DNA from: an uncultured virus (IMG/VR IMGVR_UViG_3300046727_000499)
Lineage: Duplodnaviria > Heunggongvirae > Uroviricota > Caudoviricetes
Direction: 5' to 3' (one strand)
Length of the DNA stretch: 64,000 nucleotides
IMG/VR virus record: IMGVR_UViG_3300046727_000499
A program made the position numbers and the translations under genes. Below the pieces are notes generated by a model. The model was not told where the DNA came from. It searched no databases and saw nothing but the letters and a program-made list of their open reading frames with translations. The number at the start of each line of letters is the position of its first letter. Positions within the stretch are counted from its first letter, which is position 1. Shown here piece by piece: positions 46,042 to 55,536 of the stretch.

Positions 46042-46522
46042 GATCCCGGCAGCGACCAGGGCGGCATACTGGACCATCTTTGGTTCGGGCGATGATGCGC
46101 GCTTCGCGACCGCATGTGAGCAGGCCCTGCGGACGGAGCGCAGCTTTCCGACGCCGGCCGCGCTCAGCGAACTCATCAACGGCTCGGTGGAAATCCGGCG
46201 TCGGACGGGAGTCGCTGGCGGGTCAGGCGGGCCGCCGCGTCAGTGGACCGCCGCGGACTTCGACGTGCCGTTCGTGGCGAAGCCGACGCCCTGGCGGCCC
46301 GGCTCGCGTGCACACGAGCGATGGCTGCACGCATCGGCGCGGTTGATGACGCTGCTCGAGCGCCGGCTGACCGAGCGCCTGGCGGAACTGGACAACCGGC
46401 CCGATGATCCCGAGCTGCAGCGCCGCGTCCTGGTGCTGACGCGCACGCTGGCCGAGCGGAGCACCTGGCACGCGCACTTCGAGGCGACCGGGGAATCCCT
46501 GATGCCCGCAGGTGCCCCATGA
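45983..46522 (+). CDS. Replication-associated hypothetical protein
   Basis: YW......F..AC........FPTPA.L; follows initiator. Confidence 0.55.
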   Translation: MDHLQFNGQMNRLAAAYRIEIPAATRAAYWTIFGSGDDARFATACEQALRTERSFPTPAALSELINGSVEIRRRTGVAGGSGGPPRQWTAADFDVPFVAKPTPWRPGSRAHERWLHASARLMTLLERRLTERLAELDNRPDDPELQRRVLVLTRTLAERSTWHAHFEATGESLMPAGAP

Positions 46523-46845
46523 GTACCCCCCGCGCCATCATCGACGCGCACACCACGGAGGCGGAGTTTCAGTGGCAGCTCATGCAACTGGCGCGCTTGT
46601 GCGGGTTCATGTGTTATCACCCGTTTGACTCGCGCCGCTCCGCGATTGGCTATCCCGACCTCACACTCGTCCATGCCGAGCGTGGCCAACTCGTCTTTCT
46701 TGAGGCAAAACGCGAGTCAGGGAAGACGACGCCGGCGCAGGACGCATGGCTCATCGCGCTCGGTGCGGTGCCGGGCGTTGTCGCGCGGGCGGTCCGGCCT
46801 TCCGATTGGGAAACGATCGCGGCAATCCTGACGGGAGATGGTTGA
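46519..46845 (+). CDS. VRR-NUC domain nuclease
   Basis: TEAEFQ, GYPDL.L, FLEAK...GK.TPAQ..W. Confidence 0.85.
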   Translation: MSTPRAIIDAHTTEAEFQWQLMQLARLCGFMCYHPFDSRRSAIGYPDLTLVHAERGQLVFLEAKRESGKTTPAQDAWLIALGAVPGVVARAVRPSDWETIAAILTGDG

Positions 46846-47093
46846 TGGCACACGCACTGCATCCGATCCAGGCCCTGGCGCCGCCGCCGGTTACCGGCGA
46901 TCAGCGCATCTCCTCCACCGATCTCTACCGCCGACTCGGTGACGTGCTCCATCGCGTTTCGCGCGGCCATCAGCGGGCCATCATCACGACCCACGGTCGG
47001 CCCGTCGTCGCGATCATCTCCGTCGAGGAGTTGGAGTGCCTGCGGGCGATCGAACGTGAGTGGCGCGCGCAGCGTGGGGAGGAATCGCCATGA
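46845..47093 (+). CDS. Phd/YefM-like antitoxin, orphan
   Basis: IS.TDL...LG.VL.RV......IITTHGRPV.AIISVEE. Confidence 0.75.
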   Translation: MAHALHPIQALAPPPVTGDQRISSTDLYRRLGDVLHRVSRGHQRAIITTHGRPVVAIISVEELECLRAIEREWRAQRGEESP

Positions 47094-47884
47094 GTGCGCC
47101 TCTCGACCTCGCGGCCGTGCGAAACGCGCGAAAAGGCAATCCACACCGTTCTGCCCGTTTGCGCGTCGTCTGGGGCATCTCAGCCGCACTCCTGTATCTC
47201 CTGTGCATCATCGGCGCCAACTGGCTGCTCGCCACGTTCGGCGTCGTCACGGTCTTCGGACTCGCGATGCCCGCGGGCGTCTTCGCCGCCGGCGTCAGTT
47301 TCGGCGCGCGCGACTGGCTTCAGGAGACGGCGGGGCGGCCGGCGGTCATCCTCGGCATCGCCGTCGGGGCGATCCTTTCGACGGTCGTCTCACCCCTCCG
47401 GTACGCGCTCGCCAGCGGACTGGCGTTCCTGTGCAGTGAGACGTGCGACATGCTGGTCTACAGCCCACTGCGCACGAACCATCGTGCCTGGGCCGTGACC
47501 GCGTCGAATACGGTGGGCGCCGTCGTCGATAGCGCCGTGTTTCTGCTCATCGCTTTTGGCAGTCTCGCATTCTTCTGGGGGCAGGTGATCGGGAAAGAAC
47601 TCATGATTCTGCCGGCGCTCGTGGTCCTCTGGTTGGCGCGACGGCGGCGGGCCGTCGCGCGCACGACGAAGGATGAAGCAATGCCAACCCCAGCGATGAA
47701 TGGCCCGGGTGCATGCGGGAAGGAGTGCCCGCTTGCGGGAGGCAAGGTTGCGGGCAACACCTGTCCGTGGATCGACCACTGCGCGATGTGGCGCGACGAA
47801 CTGGCCTTCGAGCGGTTGGAGCAGCGGGAGAAGGCGGAGCGGCTGGCGAAAGAGCACCCAGAGATGTTTCGCGGTCCGCGGTGA
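47090..47884 (+). CDS. VUT/YhhQ-family transporter with Cys-containing C-terminal tail
   Basis: Core near-identical to 12164-12832; stop codon lies in element copy 15. Confidence 0.85.
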   Translation: MSAPLDLAAVRNARKGNPHRSARLRVVWGISAALLYLLCIIGANWLLATFGVVTVFGLAMPAGVFAAGVSFGARDWLQETAGRPAVILGIAVGAILSTVVSPLRYALASGLAFLCSETCDMLVYSPLRTNHRAWAVTASNTVGAVVDSAVFLLIAFGSLAFFWGQVIGKELMILPALVVLWLARRRRAVARTTKDEAMPTPAMNGPGACGKECPLAGGKVAGNTCPWIDHCAMWRDELAFERLEQREKAERLAKEHPEMFRGPR

Positions 47885-47933
47885 ACCCTTTGCCGTGTAC
47901 GGCTGGAACCGTCACATGCAAAGGGTTCACCGC
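47878..47933 (-). mobile_element. Hairpin element copy 15
   Basis: Minus strand GCGGTGAACCCTT-TGCATGTGACGG-ttccag-CCGTACACGGCA-AAGGGTTCACCGC. Confidence 0.9.
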
Positions 47934-47940
47934 TCACATG

Positions 47941-47980
47941 TGGGAAGGGGTTTGCGTGATGGCGGGCCATACACGGCGAA
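47941..47980 (+). mobile_element. Degenerate hairpin element
   Basis: TGGGAAGGGGTT-TGCGTG-ATGG-cggg-CCAT-ACACGGC; right outer arm lost. Confidence 0.5.
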
Positions 47981-48258
47981 TGCCGGGGGAATCGACGGTG
48001 TATCAACGCCTGGCGCGGCGGGGCTTCCCGGTCATCGGGCATTACCTCGGTGCCGTCCTGACGTGGCCTGCGTATGCCGATAGCGAGAGGGTGGAGTCCG
48101 AAGTGGCCCGCATCGAAGCGGCATTCCCGTTCACACCGGAGTTTGAGGGTCTGATTGAGAACACGGACGCAATCAGTGAACTCCCGTATCAGCCACGGCA
48201 CTTCTCCTCGGACATCGACCACATGAAGCGGGCGGGGAAGCCGGAGGAAACACCATGA
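47959..48258 (+). CDS. Hypothetical protein
   Basis: ATGA overlap with next gene; start uncertain. Confidence 0.45.
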   Translation: MAGHTRRMPGESTVYQRLARRGFPVIGHYLGAVLTWPAYADSERVESEVARIEAAFPFTPEFEGLIENTDAISELPYQPRHFSSDIDHMKRAGKPEETP

Positions 48259-48536
48259 TTCAAGTCACTGAGGAAGCATGGTCAGGACTCAAGGACGAGG
48301 TGAAGTACCTCCGCACCGCCATTGCCGAGCGGGAGGAGGAGGCTTTGCGTGTGAGCGCACTACACGCCACACAGCAAAGCCTCCTCCTTGCTCGTATCGC
48401 CGCGCTCGAAGAGGCGTTGGCGTTCTATGCGGCAGATGACGGGGGCTGTTCCTTTGCCGACTATGACGTTGACACCAAGCGATTCGGCAAGCACGCCCTC
48501 GCCGCGCTCACCCAGGCGGCGGAAGGGGCTGGATGA
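48255..48536 (+). CDS. Hypothetical coiled-coil protein
   Basis: GGAGG SD. Confidence 0.55.
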   Translation: MIQVTEEAWSGLKDEVKYLRTAIAEREEEALRVSALHATQQSLLLARIAALEEALAFYAADDGGCSFADYDVDTKRFGKHALAALTQAAEGAG

Positions 48537-48588
48537 TGACTGACACCGCCACGCCACGCACCACCGCAGCAGTGGAGAGGGGAGAGGG

Positions 48589-48819
48589 ATGATGGCAACG
48601 CGAAGGAGGGGAGATCGTCTTCCCCCGTACATGTTCTACACCTGCCCCGGCTGTAACAAGCAGGGAGCGGCGATGTTCACGCTGGACTCTCTCCCCCTCG
48701 ACTGGGATTGCTCATCGTGCGGAATGCCATCCCATCTCTGGCGTGATGGGGAGAGGGTCATCCTGTCATTCGACCATCCCGATTGGGTACAGGTAGACAC
48801 GCTGGAGGGGGCCTCATGA
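48589..48819 (+). CDS. Small Zn-finger protein
   Basis: CPGC...CSSC. Confidence 0.55.
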   Translation: MMATRRRGDRLPPYMFYTCPGCNKQGAAMFTLDSLPLDWDCSSCGMPSHLWRDGERVILSFDHPDWVQVDTLEGAS

Positions 48820-49139
48820 CCCGCGGCCACCCCTCACCGCACCCGGTCGTCCGTGACCCGACGACCGGCGCCCGCATGAAGCACTGCCCGACCTGCGGCC
48901 AGGAGCGCAGCGTCGACAACAACGAGTTCGCCACCCGGTACAACCCCCACGGCACCGGCGTGCAGTACCGCTCCCAGTGCCGTGCGTGCGATGCGGCGCG
49001 GGGCCGAGAGTATCGGGCGCGGCTGGGCGAGGAGTATCGGGAGCGTGAGGCGATCCGCAATCGAGAGCGTTGGGCGGCCGTGCGTCGCCGCAGGAGGGCA
49101 GAGCGATGGCGAGGATCCTCGTCGGACGATCGGAGGTGA
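48816..49139 (+). CDS. Zn-finger hypothetical protein
   Basis: Homolog of 12829-13152. Confidence 0.65.
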   Translation: MTRGHPSPHPVVRDPTTGARMKHCPTCGQERSVDNNEFATRYNPHGTGVQYRSQCRACDAARGREYRARLGEEYREREAIRNRERWAAVRRRRRAERWRGSSSDDRR

Positions 49140-49633
49140 CCGCGATGGTGGCGATGGTTGACGATACACACCGCACGATCCCGCCTTTCCCGTGGGGGGC
49201 GCTCCGGTTCATCTTCACCTCCGGGGGCGACTATTCATCCGACCGGACGCTGATGCCCGTCACGATGACCGCGCACCGCAGTTCCGATGGCATCCGCGGT
49301 GCGGCGCTCGCACGCGCCAACTGGGGGCCCGTGACGACCGCGATTCAGCGCGCCTTCCACGAGTCGCGGGAGCGTCACCACCTGCATGCTTCACATTGGA
49401 AAGTGCTGATCGCCTGCGAAGTTGGGATGGTCCAGCGTCCGGATAGTCGCGGGCGGCTCCAATGGTGCGTCTATTCCGCCGCGCATCCGAACTCGGTGGT
49501 GCCCGATGACGAGGCCGCGCGGCTGTTTGGGATCACCGCGGGCTCGGTGCGCATCTACCATACGCAGGTGCGCCACGCCATCGAGGACGAGTGGGAAGAC
49601 TTGCATGCAGGCTGGTCGCTTGACGGTCCTTGA
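49106..49633 (+). CDS. Putative late-transcription regulator
   Basis: Homolog of 13119-13637. Confidence 0.6.
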   Translation: MARILVGRSEVTAMVAMVDDTHRTIPPFPWGALRFIFTSGGDYSSDRTLMPVTMTAHRSSDGIRGAALARANWGPVTTAIQRAFHESRERHHLHASHWKVLIACEVGMVQRPDSRGRLQWCVYSAAHPNSVVPDDEAARLFGITAGSVRIYHTQVRHAIEDEWEDLHAGWSLDGP

Positions 49634-49696
49634 CAGTTTGTATATGCTTTACAGCAACACTCGTACTGTCCCCGGCAGCCCGCCGGGTTTTGTTTT
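49620..49696 (+). promoter_or_regulatory. Late promoter followed by a terminator hairpin, unit C
   Basis: TTGACG-N17-TATGCT; AACACTCGTACTGTCCCCGGCAG conserved with unit B; GCCGGG-TTTT. Confidence 0.6.
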
Positions 49697-49715
49697 GCCC
49701 GCCAGTGAGGGTGCC

Positions 49716-50921
49716 ATGCGCAGCGATCGTCTCGGTGCACTGACGCCGGATCGGCGGAATGCGCGACGCCACACACCCCGCAACATCGGCATGATCGAGA
49801 CGAGCCTGCAAACCGATGGCTTCGGTCGTTCCATCCTCCTCGACCGTGACGGCAACATTCTCGCCGGCAATGGCGTCACCGAGGCGGCCGGAAATGTCGG
49901 CCTCGAGGATGTGATCGTCGTACCGTCCGATGGCACGAAGGTGATCGCCATTCAGCGCACCGATGTGGAACCGGGCAGCGCGCGCGCCGTCCGCCTCGCC
50001 ATCGCGGACAACCGCACGCAGGAGTTGAGCGACTTTGATCCGGCGGTGATTGCCGCGCTCAGTGAAGAGATCGACCTGTCGGACTTCTGGCAGGCGGATG
50101 AGATGGACGCGCTCCTGGCGGGCATCACTGAGGACGTGCCTGCTGGCGATGATCCGGGTGCGGAGATGGATCGCGGCGATGAACTCGCGGCAGAGTACGG
50201 GGTTGAGCCAAATCAGCTTTGGGTGCTCGGCAGGCATCGGCTGATCGTGGGCGACTGCACCGATGACGCGACGATTGATCGCCTGATGGATGGACAGCGT
50301 GCAGCAATGGTCTTCACTGATCCGCCCTATGGCGTGGACTATGATGGCGGGCTGAACGAGACGAAGCGCGACCGGATCATCGGTGACACCTCCGCCTCGC
50401 TCTATGCCGCCTGCATCGGCACGACCGCGCCATACTGCAATCCGCACGCACCGTGGTATCTCTGGTTTGCCGGCACGGTCGGCAAACCAGTCTATGAGGC
50501 CGTCGAGTATTACGGATACACCGTGCGCGCAATGATCGTCTGGAATAAGACCGATGCCCATTACGGCAACTTCATGGCGCAGTACATGCAGAAGCACGAA
50601 CCCTGCCTGTACTGCGTGAAGGAGTCGCCGCAGTGGTACGGCCCCACGAATGAAGTGACCGTTTGGGATGTGAAGCAACCGAGCGTCAACGAGCATCATC
50701 CGACACAAAAGCCCATAGAACTCGCGGTGCGAGCGATTGAGAACAGCAGTGTGCGGGGTGCGCTCGTCTGCGATTGGTTCCTCGGCAGCGGCACGACCCT
50801 GATTGCCTGCGAGCAGATGGGGCGTACCTGCTACGCCGCAGAGATTGAACCGCGCTATGCCGCCGTCTCCATCAAGCGATGGGCAGACATGACGGGCCTC
50901 ACGCCGCGACGGGTGGACTGA
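49716..50921 (+). CDS. ParB-like N-domain + amino-methyltransferase (N6A/N4C), copy 1
   Basis: AGNG..A, IADNR; FTDPPY, HPTQKP, D.FLGSGTT. Confidence 0.9.
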   Translation: MRSDRLGALTPDRRNARRHTPRNIGMIETSLQTDGFGRSILLDRDGNILAGNGVTEAAGNVGLEDVIVVPSDGTKVIAIQRTDVEPGSARAVRLAIADNRTQELSDFDPAVIAALSEEIDLSDFWQADEMDALLAGITEDVPAGDDPGAEMDRGDELAAEYGVEPNQLWVLGRHRLIVGDCTDDATIDRLMDGQRAAMVFTDPPYGVDYDGGLNETKRDRIIGDTSASLYAACIGTTAPYCNPHAPWYLWFAGTVGKPVYEAVEYYGYTVRAMIVWNKTDAHYGNFMAQYMQKHEPCLYCVKESPQWYGPTNEVTVWDVKQPSVNEHHPTQKPIELAVRAIENSSVRGALVCDWFLGSGTTLIACEQMGRTCYAAEIEPRYAAVSIKRWADMTGLTPRRVD

Positions 50922-50923
50922 GT

Positions 50924-52141
50924 ATGCACTTACACATCAGCGATATCAAGCCCGCGGTCAAGAATGCGCGGGTCAGAACTGAGCGCGGCGCGGCCATGAT
51001 TGCCAGGAGCATCAGCGAGAACGGCTTTGGTCGCTCCGTGCTGCTCGCCAATGACGGATCGCTGATCGCGGGCAGCGGCACGATTGACGCCTCGGCTGAG
51101 GTTGGCTTGGAGGACGTGATTATCGTCCCCTCGGATGGCACCAAGATCATCGCGGTGCAGCGCACCGATGTCGCACCGGGGAGCAAGCGGGCCCATGAAC
51201 TCGCAATCGCTGACAATAGGACGACTGACCTCAGCGACTTCGATCCGGCAGTGATTGCGGCGCTCAGCGAAGAGATTGACCTGTCGGACTTCTGGCAGGC
51301 GGATGAGATGGACGCGCTGCTGGCGACGATGGCCGCCGACGATGCGCCTGCGGGAGAAGACCCTGGCGCGCAGATGGATCGCGCCGAGGAGTTGAACCAG
51401 AAGTGGCAGGTGCAGCGCGGCGATCTCTGGGAGATCGGGCGGCATCGGCTCCTGTGCGGCGATAGCACGGATGCGGGCGATGTTGCGCGGTTGATGACCG
51501 GCGAGAAGGCGGCGATGGTCTTCACCGATCCGCCATATGGTGTGGAATACATCGGTGGCACGACGCGGCGCGATGCGATTCAGGGCGATGAGACGCCCGA
51601 TCTGTATGCCCCCGCAATGCTCCTGATTGCCGCGCACACGATCCCGAAAGCGGCGGTTTATCTGTGGCACTCGGACAGTAAATCCGCTGCCGTCTCCGCT
51701 GCCGTCTCCGCTGCCGTCTCCGCTGCCGGATTCGAACGCCGCTGCACGATTATCTGGAACAAGAACCTGGCGCAGTTTGGCGCACTCGGAGCGCAGTACA
51801 AGACGAAGCATGAGCCGTGCTATTACCTCTACAAGCACGGCCAATCGCCCCACTGGTACGGGCCGACAAATGAAGTGACGGTGTGGGATGTGGCGCGGGA
51901 ATCTGTGAATGAGGATCATCCGATGCAGAAGCCGCCTGAACTCGCAGTGCGCGCGATGGAGAATAGCAGCCAATCCAGCGACGTCGTCTTTGATGGTTTC
52001 CTCGGTGGCGGCTCCACAATAGTCGCCGCCGAGCAGACCGGCCGCCGCTGCTACGGCATCGAGATTTCCGAGAAGTATTGCGCCGTGATCCTCGAGCGCA
52101 TGGCAGACATGACGGGCCTCACGCCGCGACGGGTGGACTGA
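50924..52141 (+). CDS. ParB-like N-domain + amino-methyltransferase, copy 2
   Basis: FTDPPY, HPMQKP, DGFLGGGST; in-frame 12-bp tandem repeat at 51683-51728. Confidence 0.9.
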   Translation: MHLHISDIKPAVKNARVRTERGAAMIARSISENGFGRSVLLANDGSLIAGSGTIDASAEVGLEDVIIVPSDGTKIIAVQRTDVAPGSKRAHELAIADNRTTDLSDFDPAVIAALSEEIDLSDFWQADEMDALLATMAADDAPAGEDPGAQMDRAEELNQKWQVQRGDLWEIGRHRLLCGDSTDAGDVARLMTGEKAAMVFTDPPYGVEYIGGTTRRDAIQGDETPDLYAPAMLLIAAHTIPKAAVYLWHSDSKSAAVSAAVSAAVSAAGFERRCTIIWNKNLAQFGALGAQYKTKHEPCYYLYKHGQSPHWYGPTNEVTVWDVARESVNEDHPMQKPPELAVRAMENSSQSSDVVFDGFLGGGSTIVAAEQTGRRCYGIEISEKYCAVILERMADMTGLTPRRVD

Positions 52142-52162
52142 GTTTATACGCATGAGGTTTGT

Positions 52163-52780
52163 ATGGCCGCTCCGAAGCGCACGAAGGCACAACGCGAGGC
52201 TGATCTTGCGGAAACGGCGCGGATGTATTGCAGCGGATATCGGCAGGCGGACATCGCGACGGTACTCGATGTCTCACAAGCGCAGATTTCCCTCGATCTG
52301 AAGGCGATCTTCGCGGATTGGCGCAAACAACGCGACGGCGAGATCACGCAATGGACGAACGAGGAGTTGGCGAAGATCAACGCCCTCGAACTGGAATACT
52401 GGGAGGCGTGGCGGCGCTCGTGCGCGGATCGCAAGCGCGTCGTCAAGGAGCAGCGCAAGGGGCCGCCCGCGACGAAAGGCGGCACGGCGACACAGACGAG
52501 TCGAGCGGCGGTGACGGAAGAATCGATGCTCGGCAACCCCGCTTTTCTCGGGGGCGTGCAGTGGTGTATCGAACGACGCTGCAAGATTCTTGGCATCGAT
52601 GCACCGACGAAGGTCGCGCCGACAACGCCGGACGGCATGAATCCCTACGCAGGTGTACCCGATGATGTTCTCCACGCTGAACTCGTCCGCTACGCGCTCG
52701 CGTTTGGAACTGCTGCTGGAGGAGCGGCGCTATCGCTGGACGATGAACGCTCGCCCGAATCAACTGCCGCCGCCCGGTAG
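52163..52780 (+). CDS. Terminase small subunit (HTH)
   Basis: Q.DIA..L.VSQ.QIS.DL; RR.KILG.DAP.K; precedes terL. Confidence 0.75.
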   Translation: MAAPKRTKAQREADLAETARMYCSGYRQADIATVLDVSQAQISLDLKAIFADWRKQRDGEITQWTNEELAKINALELEYWEAWRRSCADRKRVVKEQRKGPPATKGGTATQTSRAAVTEESMLGNPAFLGGVQWCIERRCKILGIDAPTKVAPTTPDGMNPYAGVPDDVLHAELVRYALAFGTAAGGAALSLDDERSPESTAAAR

Positions 52781-53912
52781 CTGGCGCACGTGGCTCATCC
52801 AGGCAGGGCGCGGGTTCGGCAAGACGCGCATCGGTGCCGAATGGACGCGGGAGAGCGTCAAGCACTTCCCGATTGTCAACATCATCGGTGCGACGGCAGA
52901 TGATGCGCGGGACATCATGATCGAGGGTGAGAGCGGGATCCTTGCCTGCTGCCCCGATCACGAGCGTCCCGACTACCTGCCATCCAAACGGCGTCTGGAG
53001 TGGCCCAATGGGGCGCGGACGCTGATTTTTACGGCGGATGAACCCGAACGACTTCGCGGCAAGCAGCATATGCGCCTGTGGGGCGACGAGATCGGCGCAT
53101 GGCGATACGTTGAGGCGTGGGATCAGGCGATGTTCGGTCTGCGTCTCGGTGCCGATCCGCGAGCCGTAGCGACGACGACGCCGCGCCCGACGATGCTGAT
53201 TCGTAACCTGATCGCGGACCCGACGACCGTCGTGACGCGCGGTAGTACCTACGATAACCGCGCCAATCTCGCGCCGCAGTTCCTCGACCAGATCATCAAG
53301 CGGTACGAGGGCACACGGCTCGGTCGGCAGGAACTCGGCGGCGAACTGCTCCTCGATGTCCCCGGCGCCCTGTGGACGCTGGCGATGTTCGATGAACGGC
53401 GCCCCGCACCCGACCTGAAGCGCGTCGTCGTCGCCATTGATCCCGCGACCTCCGCGAATGAGGGGAGCGATGAGACGGGCATCATCGTTGCCGGTCAGGG
53501 CATCGACAACGACTGGTACGTCCTCGCGGATCGCTCGGGCATCTTCGCGCCGAATGCGTGGGCGAAGCGCGCGATTGCTGCCTATGACGAGTTCAACGCG
53601 GATCGGATCGTTGCCGAAGTCAACAATGGCGGCGATATGGTGGAATCGACGCTACGCACGGTGCGCAAGAACATCGCCTATACGAAAGTGCATGCCTCGC
53701 GGGGCAAAGCGATCCGCGCCGAACCGATCGCCTCACTCTACGCGCAGGGCAATGTCTGGCACGTCGAGCCGTTCATCGCGCTGGAAGATCAATGCTGCAA
53801 CTGGACACCTGATAGCGGCGACTCGCCCGACCGCTTGGACGCGCTGGTCTGGGCCTTGACTGAACTGAGTGCGGGCGAGTCGCGCGAGATCACGTTCGCA
53901 CTACCGGCCTGA
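52653..53912 (+). CDS. terL: Terminase large subunit
   Basis: AGRGFGKT, WGDE, VAIDPA, SPDRLDA; start uncertain. Confidence 0.95.
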   Translation: MYPMMFSTLNSSATRSRLELLLEERRYRWTMNARPNQLPPPGSWRTWLIQAGRGFGKTRIGAEWTRESVKHFPIVNIIGATADDARDIMIEGESGILACCPDHERPDYLPSKRRLEWPNGARTLIFTADEPERLRGKQHMRLWGDEIGAWRYVEAWDQAMFGLRLGADPRAVATTTPRPTMLIRNLIADPTTVVTRGSTYDNRANLAPQFLDQIIKRYEGTRLGRQELGGELLLDVPGALWTLAMFDERRPAPDLKRVVVAIDPATSANEGSDETGIIVAGQGIDNDWYVLADRSGIFAPNAWAKRAIAAYDEFNADRIVAEVNNGGDMVESTLRTVRKNIAYTKVHASRGKAIRAEPIASLYAQGNVWHVEPFIALEDQCCNWTPDSGDSPDRLDALVWALTELSAGESREITFALPA

Positions 53913-53922
53913 CCAATGAGGA

Positions 53923-55374
53923 GTGTCGAGAATGCCAGAAAAGCGGAAAGGCATTCTCCACAAACTACTCTACGGGGACTTTCCTGACCCGGAGGCGAAG
54001 GCTGCGCCCGTTGCGCCAGCGGTCCCGTTCGCGAATACTGGGTGGTTCGGCAACTTCACCACGGGCGGCCAGATGACGGGCGGCACGCTGCCCGTCACCT
54101 TCCCCGGTTCGCGCGTCAACTATCAGCAGTCCGTCGGCGAGATGGAGATGTCGTCGGCGATCATGGCCTGCGTCCAGTACGTGCAGCGCGTCTTTCCCGA
54201 GGCGCCGCCGCGGGTGATCAACCGCACCGACGCCGGCGACGAGGCGATCCCCGATCATCCCGTCACGCGCCTGATTGATGAGCCGAACCCCTACATGTCC
54301 TGGGAGACGGTCTCGCAGGCGCTGCTCGCGGATTACAACGTTCACGGCAATGCGTACCTGCTCAAGTTCCGCAACGCGGCCGGTATCCCCGCGGAACTCT
54401 GGTATGAACCGCAGATCTCGATTCGGCCGACGTGGGACCCGGCCGGGCAGCAGTTTCTTACCGGCTATCAGATCTGGCGGACGGGCAAATGGTACCCAAT
54501 GGCGGTGGAGGACGTGGTCCATTTCCGCTGGTCGCAGGACCCGCGCAATCCGCGCATGGGTCTCTCGCCACTCCGTGCTGCCCTGCGACTGATCTACAAC
54601 GACGAGGAAGCGGAAGCCTACACCGCCGCGATCCTGCACAACATGGGGTCTCCGGGCGCGATCATCTCGCCATCGGGCGACAAGGTCATCAGCAAGGATG
54701 AAGCACAGGCACTGATGACCTATTTCAACTCGCGCTTCACGGGGGATGGCAGGGGCGCGACGATGGTCGCGACGGGTGGTTTACAGGTCTCGACGCCGAG
54801 TTGGAATCCGAAGGACCTTGACCTGACGAACATCCACCACTTCAGTGAGGCGCGCATCTCCGGGCTGATGGGCGTGGCGGCGATCGTCGCCGGTCTGTCC
54901 ATGGGACTCGAGCATGCAACCTACGCGAACTACCAGGCCGCCCGCGAAGCAACCTACGACGGAAACATTATGCCGACGTATGCATCATTCGCGGACACCT
55001 TGACCCGTGCGTTGCTCCGTGACGATTTCAACGGATCGCAGGATCAGTACGTTGAGTTCGACACCAGCAATGTGCGGGCCCTCCAGGAGGATGCCACCGC
55101 GGTCGCCGACCGGACGACGAAGCTTTTTACGGCCGGCATCATCGACCGGGCGACCGCGCTGAAGATGGTCGATATCGAGTCCGTCCCGGGAGACGAGGGC
55201 ATTTACCTGTTGCCGCGAGGGGCTTCCTTTAGCGATGGGTCGATTGCGGAGCCCGTCAGCCCGGTGATCGAGAAGGTGAACACGGAACCAGGTGCGCCGG
55301 CGTCGGTAGCGACGAACGGCAATCAACCGGCTGCGGCGGCGCAGGCTGCGGTACCGATCGGGAGTCAGCCATGA
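53923..55374 (+). CDS. Portal protein
   Basis: Close homolog of 15434-16888. Confidence 0.95.
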   Translation: MSRMPEKRKGILHKLLYGDFPDPEAKAAPVAPAVPFANTGWFGNFTTGGQMTGGTLPVTFPGSRVNYQQSVGEMEMSSAIMACVQYVQRVFPEAPPRVINRTDAGDEAIPDHPVTRLIDEPNPYMSWETVSQALLADYNVHGNAYLLKFRNAAGIPAELWYEPQISIRPTWDPAGQQFLTGYQIWRTGKWYPMAVEDVVHFRWSQDPRNPRMGLSPLRAALRLIYNDEEAEAYTAAILHNMGSPGAIISPSGDKVISKDEAQALMTYFNSRFTGDGRGATMVATGGLQVSTPSWNPKDLDLTNIHHFSEARISGLMGVAAIVAGLSMGLEHATYANYQAAREATYDGNIMPTYASFADTLTRALLRDDFNGSQDQYVEFDTSNVRALQEDATAVADRTTKLFTAGIIDRATALKMVDIESVPGDEGIYLLPRGASFSDGSIAEPVSPVIEKVNTEPGAPASVATNGNQPAAAAQAAVPIGSQP

Positions 55375-55535
55375 AACTCACGTTCGCGGTGCTCCTGTTT
55401 TTGATCGCGGCAATCATCTTCGGGTTGGATTTCCTGCTGGGATTCACGACAGTCGACTATGCCCGCTTGCGTGTCCACTCGCTTGGATGGTGTCTCGTCG
55501 CGCTGGGGCTCATGCTTTGGAAAGGTGGCCTCTGA
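55371..55535 (+). CDS. Small two-TM membrane protein
   Basis: Read by hand (54 aa); homolog of 16941-17105. Confidence 0.7.
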   Translation: MKLTFAVLLFLIAAIIFGLDFLLGFTTVDYARLRVHSLGWCLVALGLMLWKGGL

Positions 55536-55536
55536 G

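Noticed and set aside
1360..47933. Hairpin elements as ordinary rho-independent terminators
   Set aside because: No U-tracts, frequent in-frame intragenic location and a shared bulged core
42009..47980. Integron attC cassette array
   Set aside because: No RYYYAAC/GTTRRRY ends, many copies lie inside genes and in both orientations, and the integrase looks like a phage Int rather than IntI
51683..51728. Phase-variable on/off switch in methyltransferase 2
   Set aside because: The unit is 12 bp, so copy-number change keeps the frame
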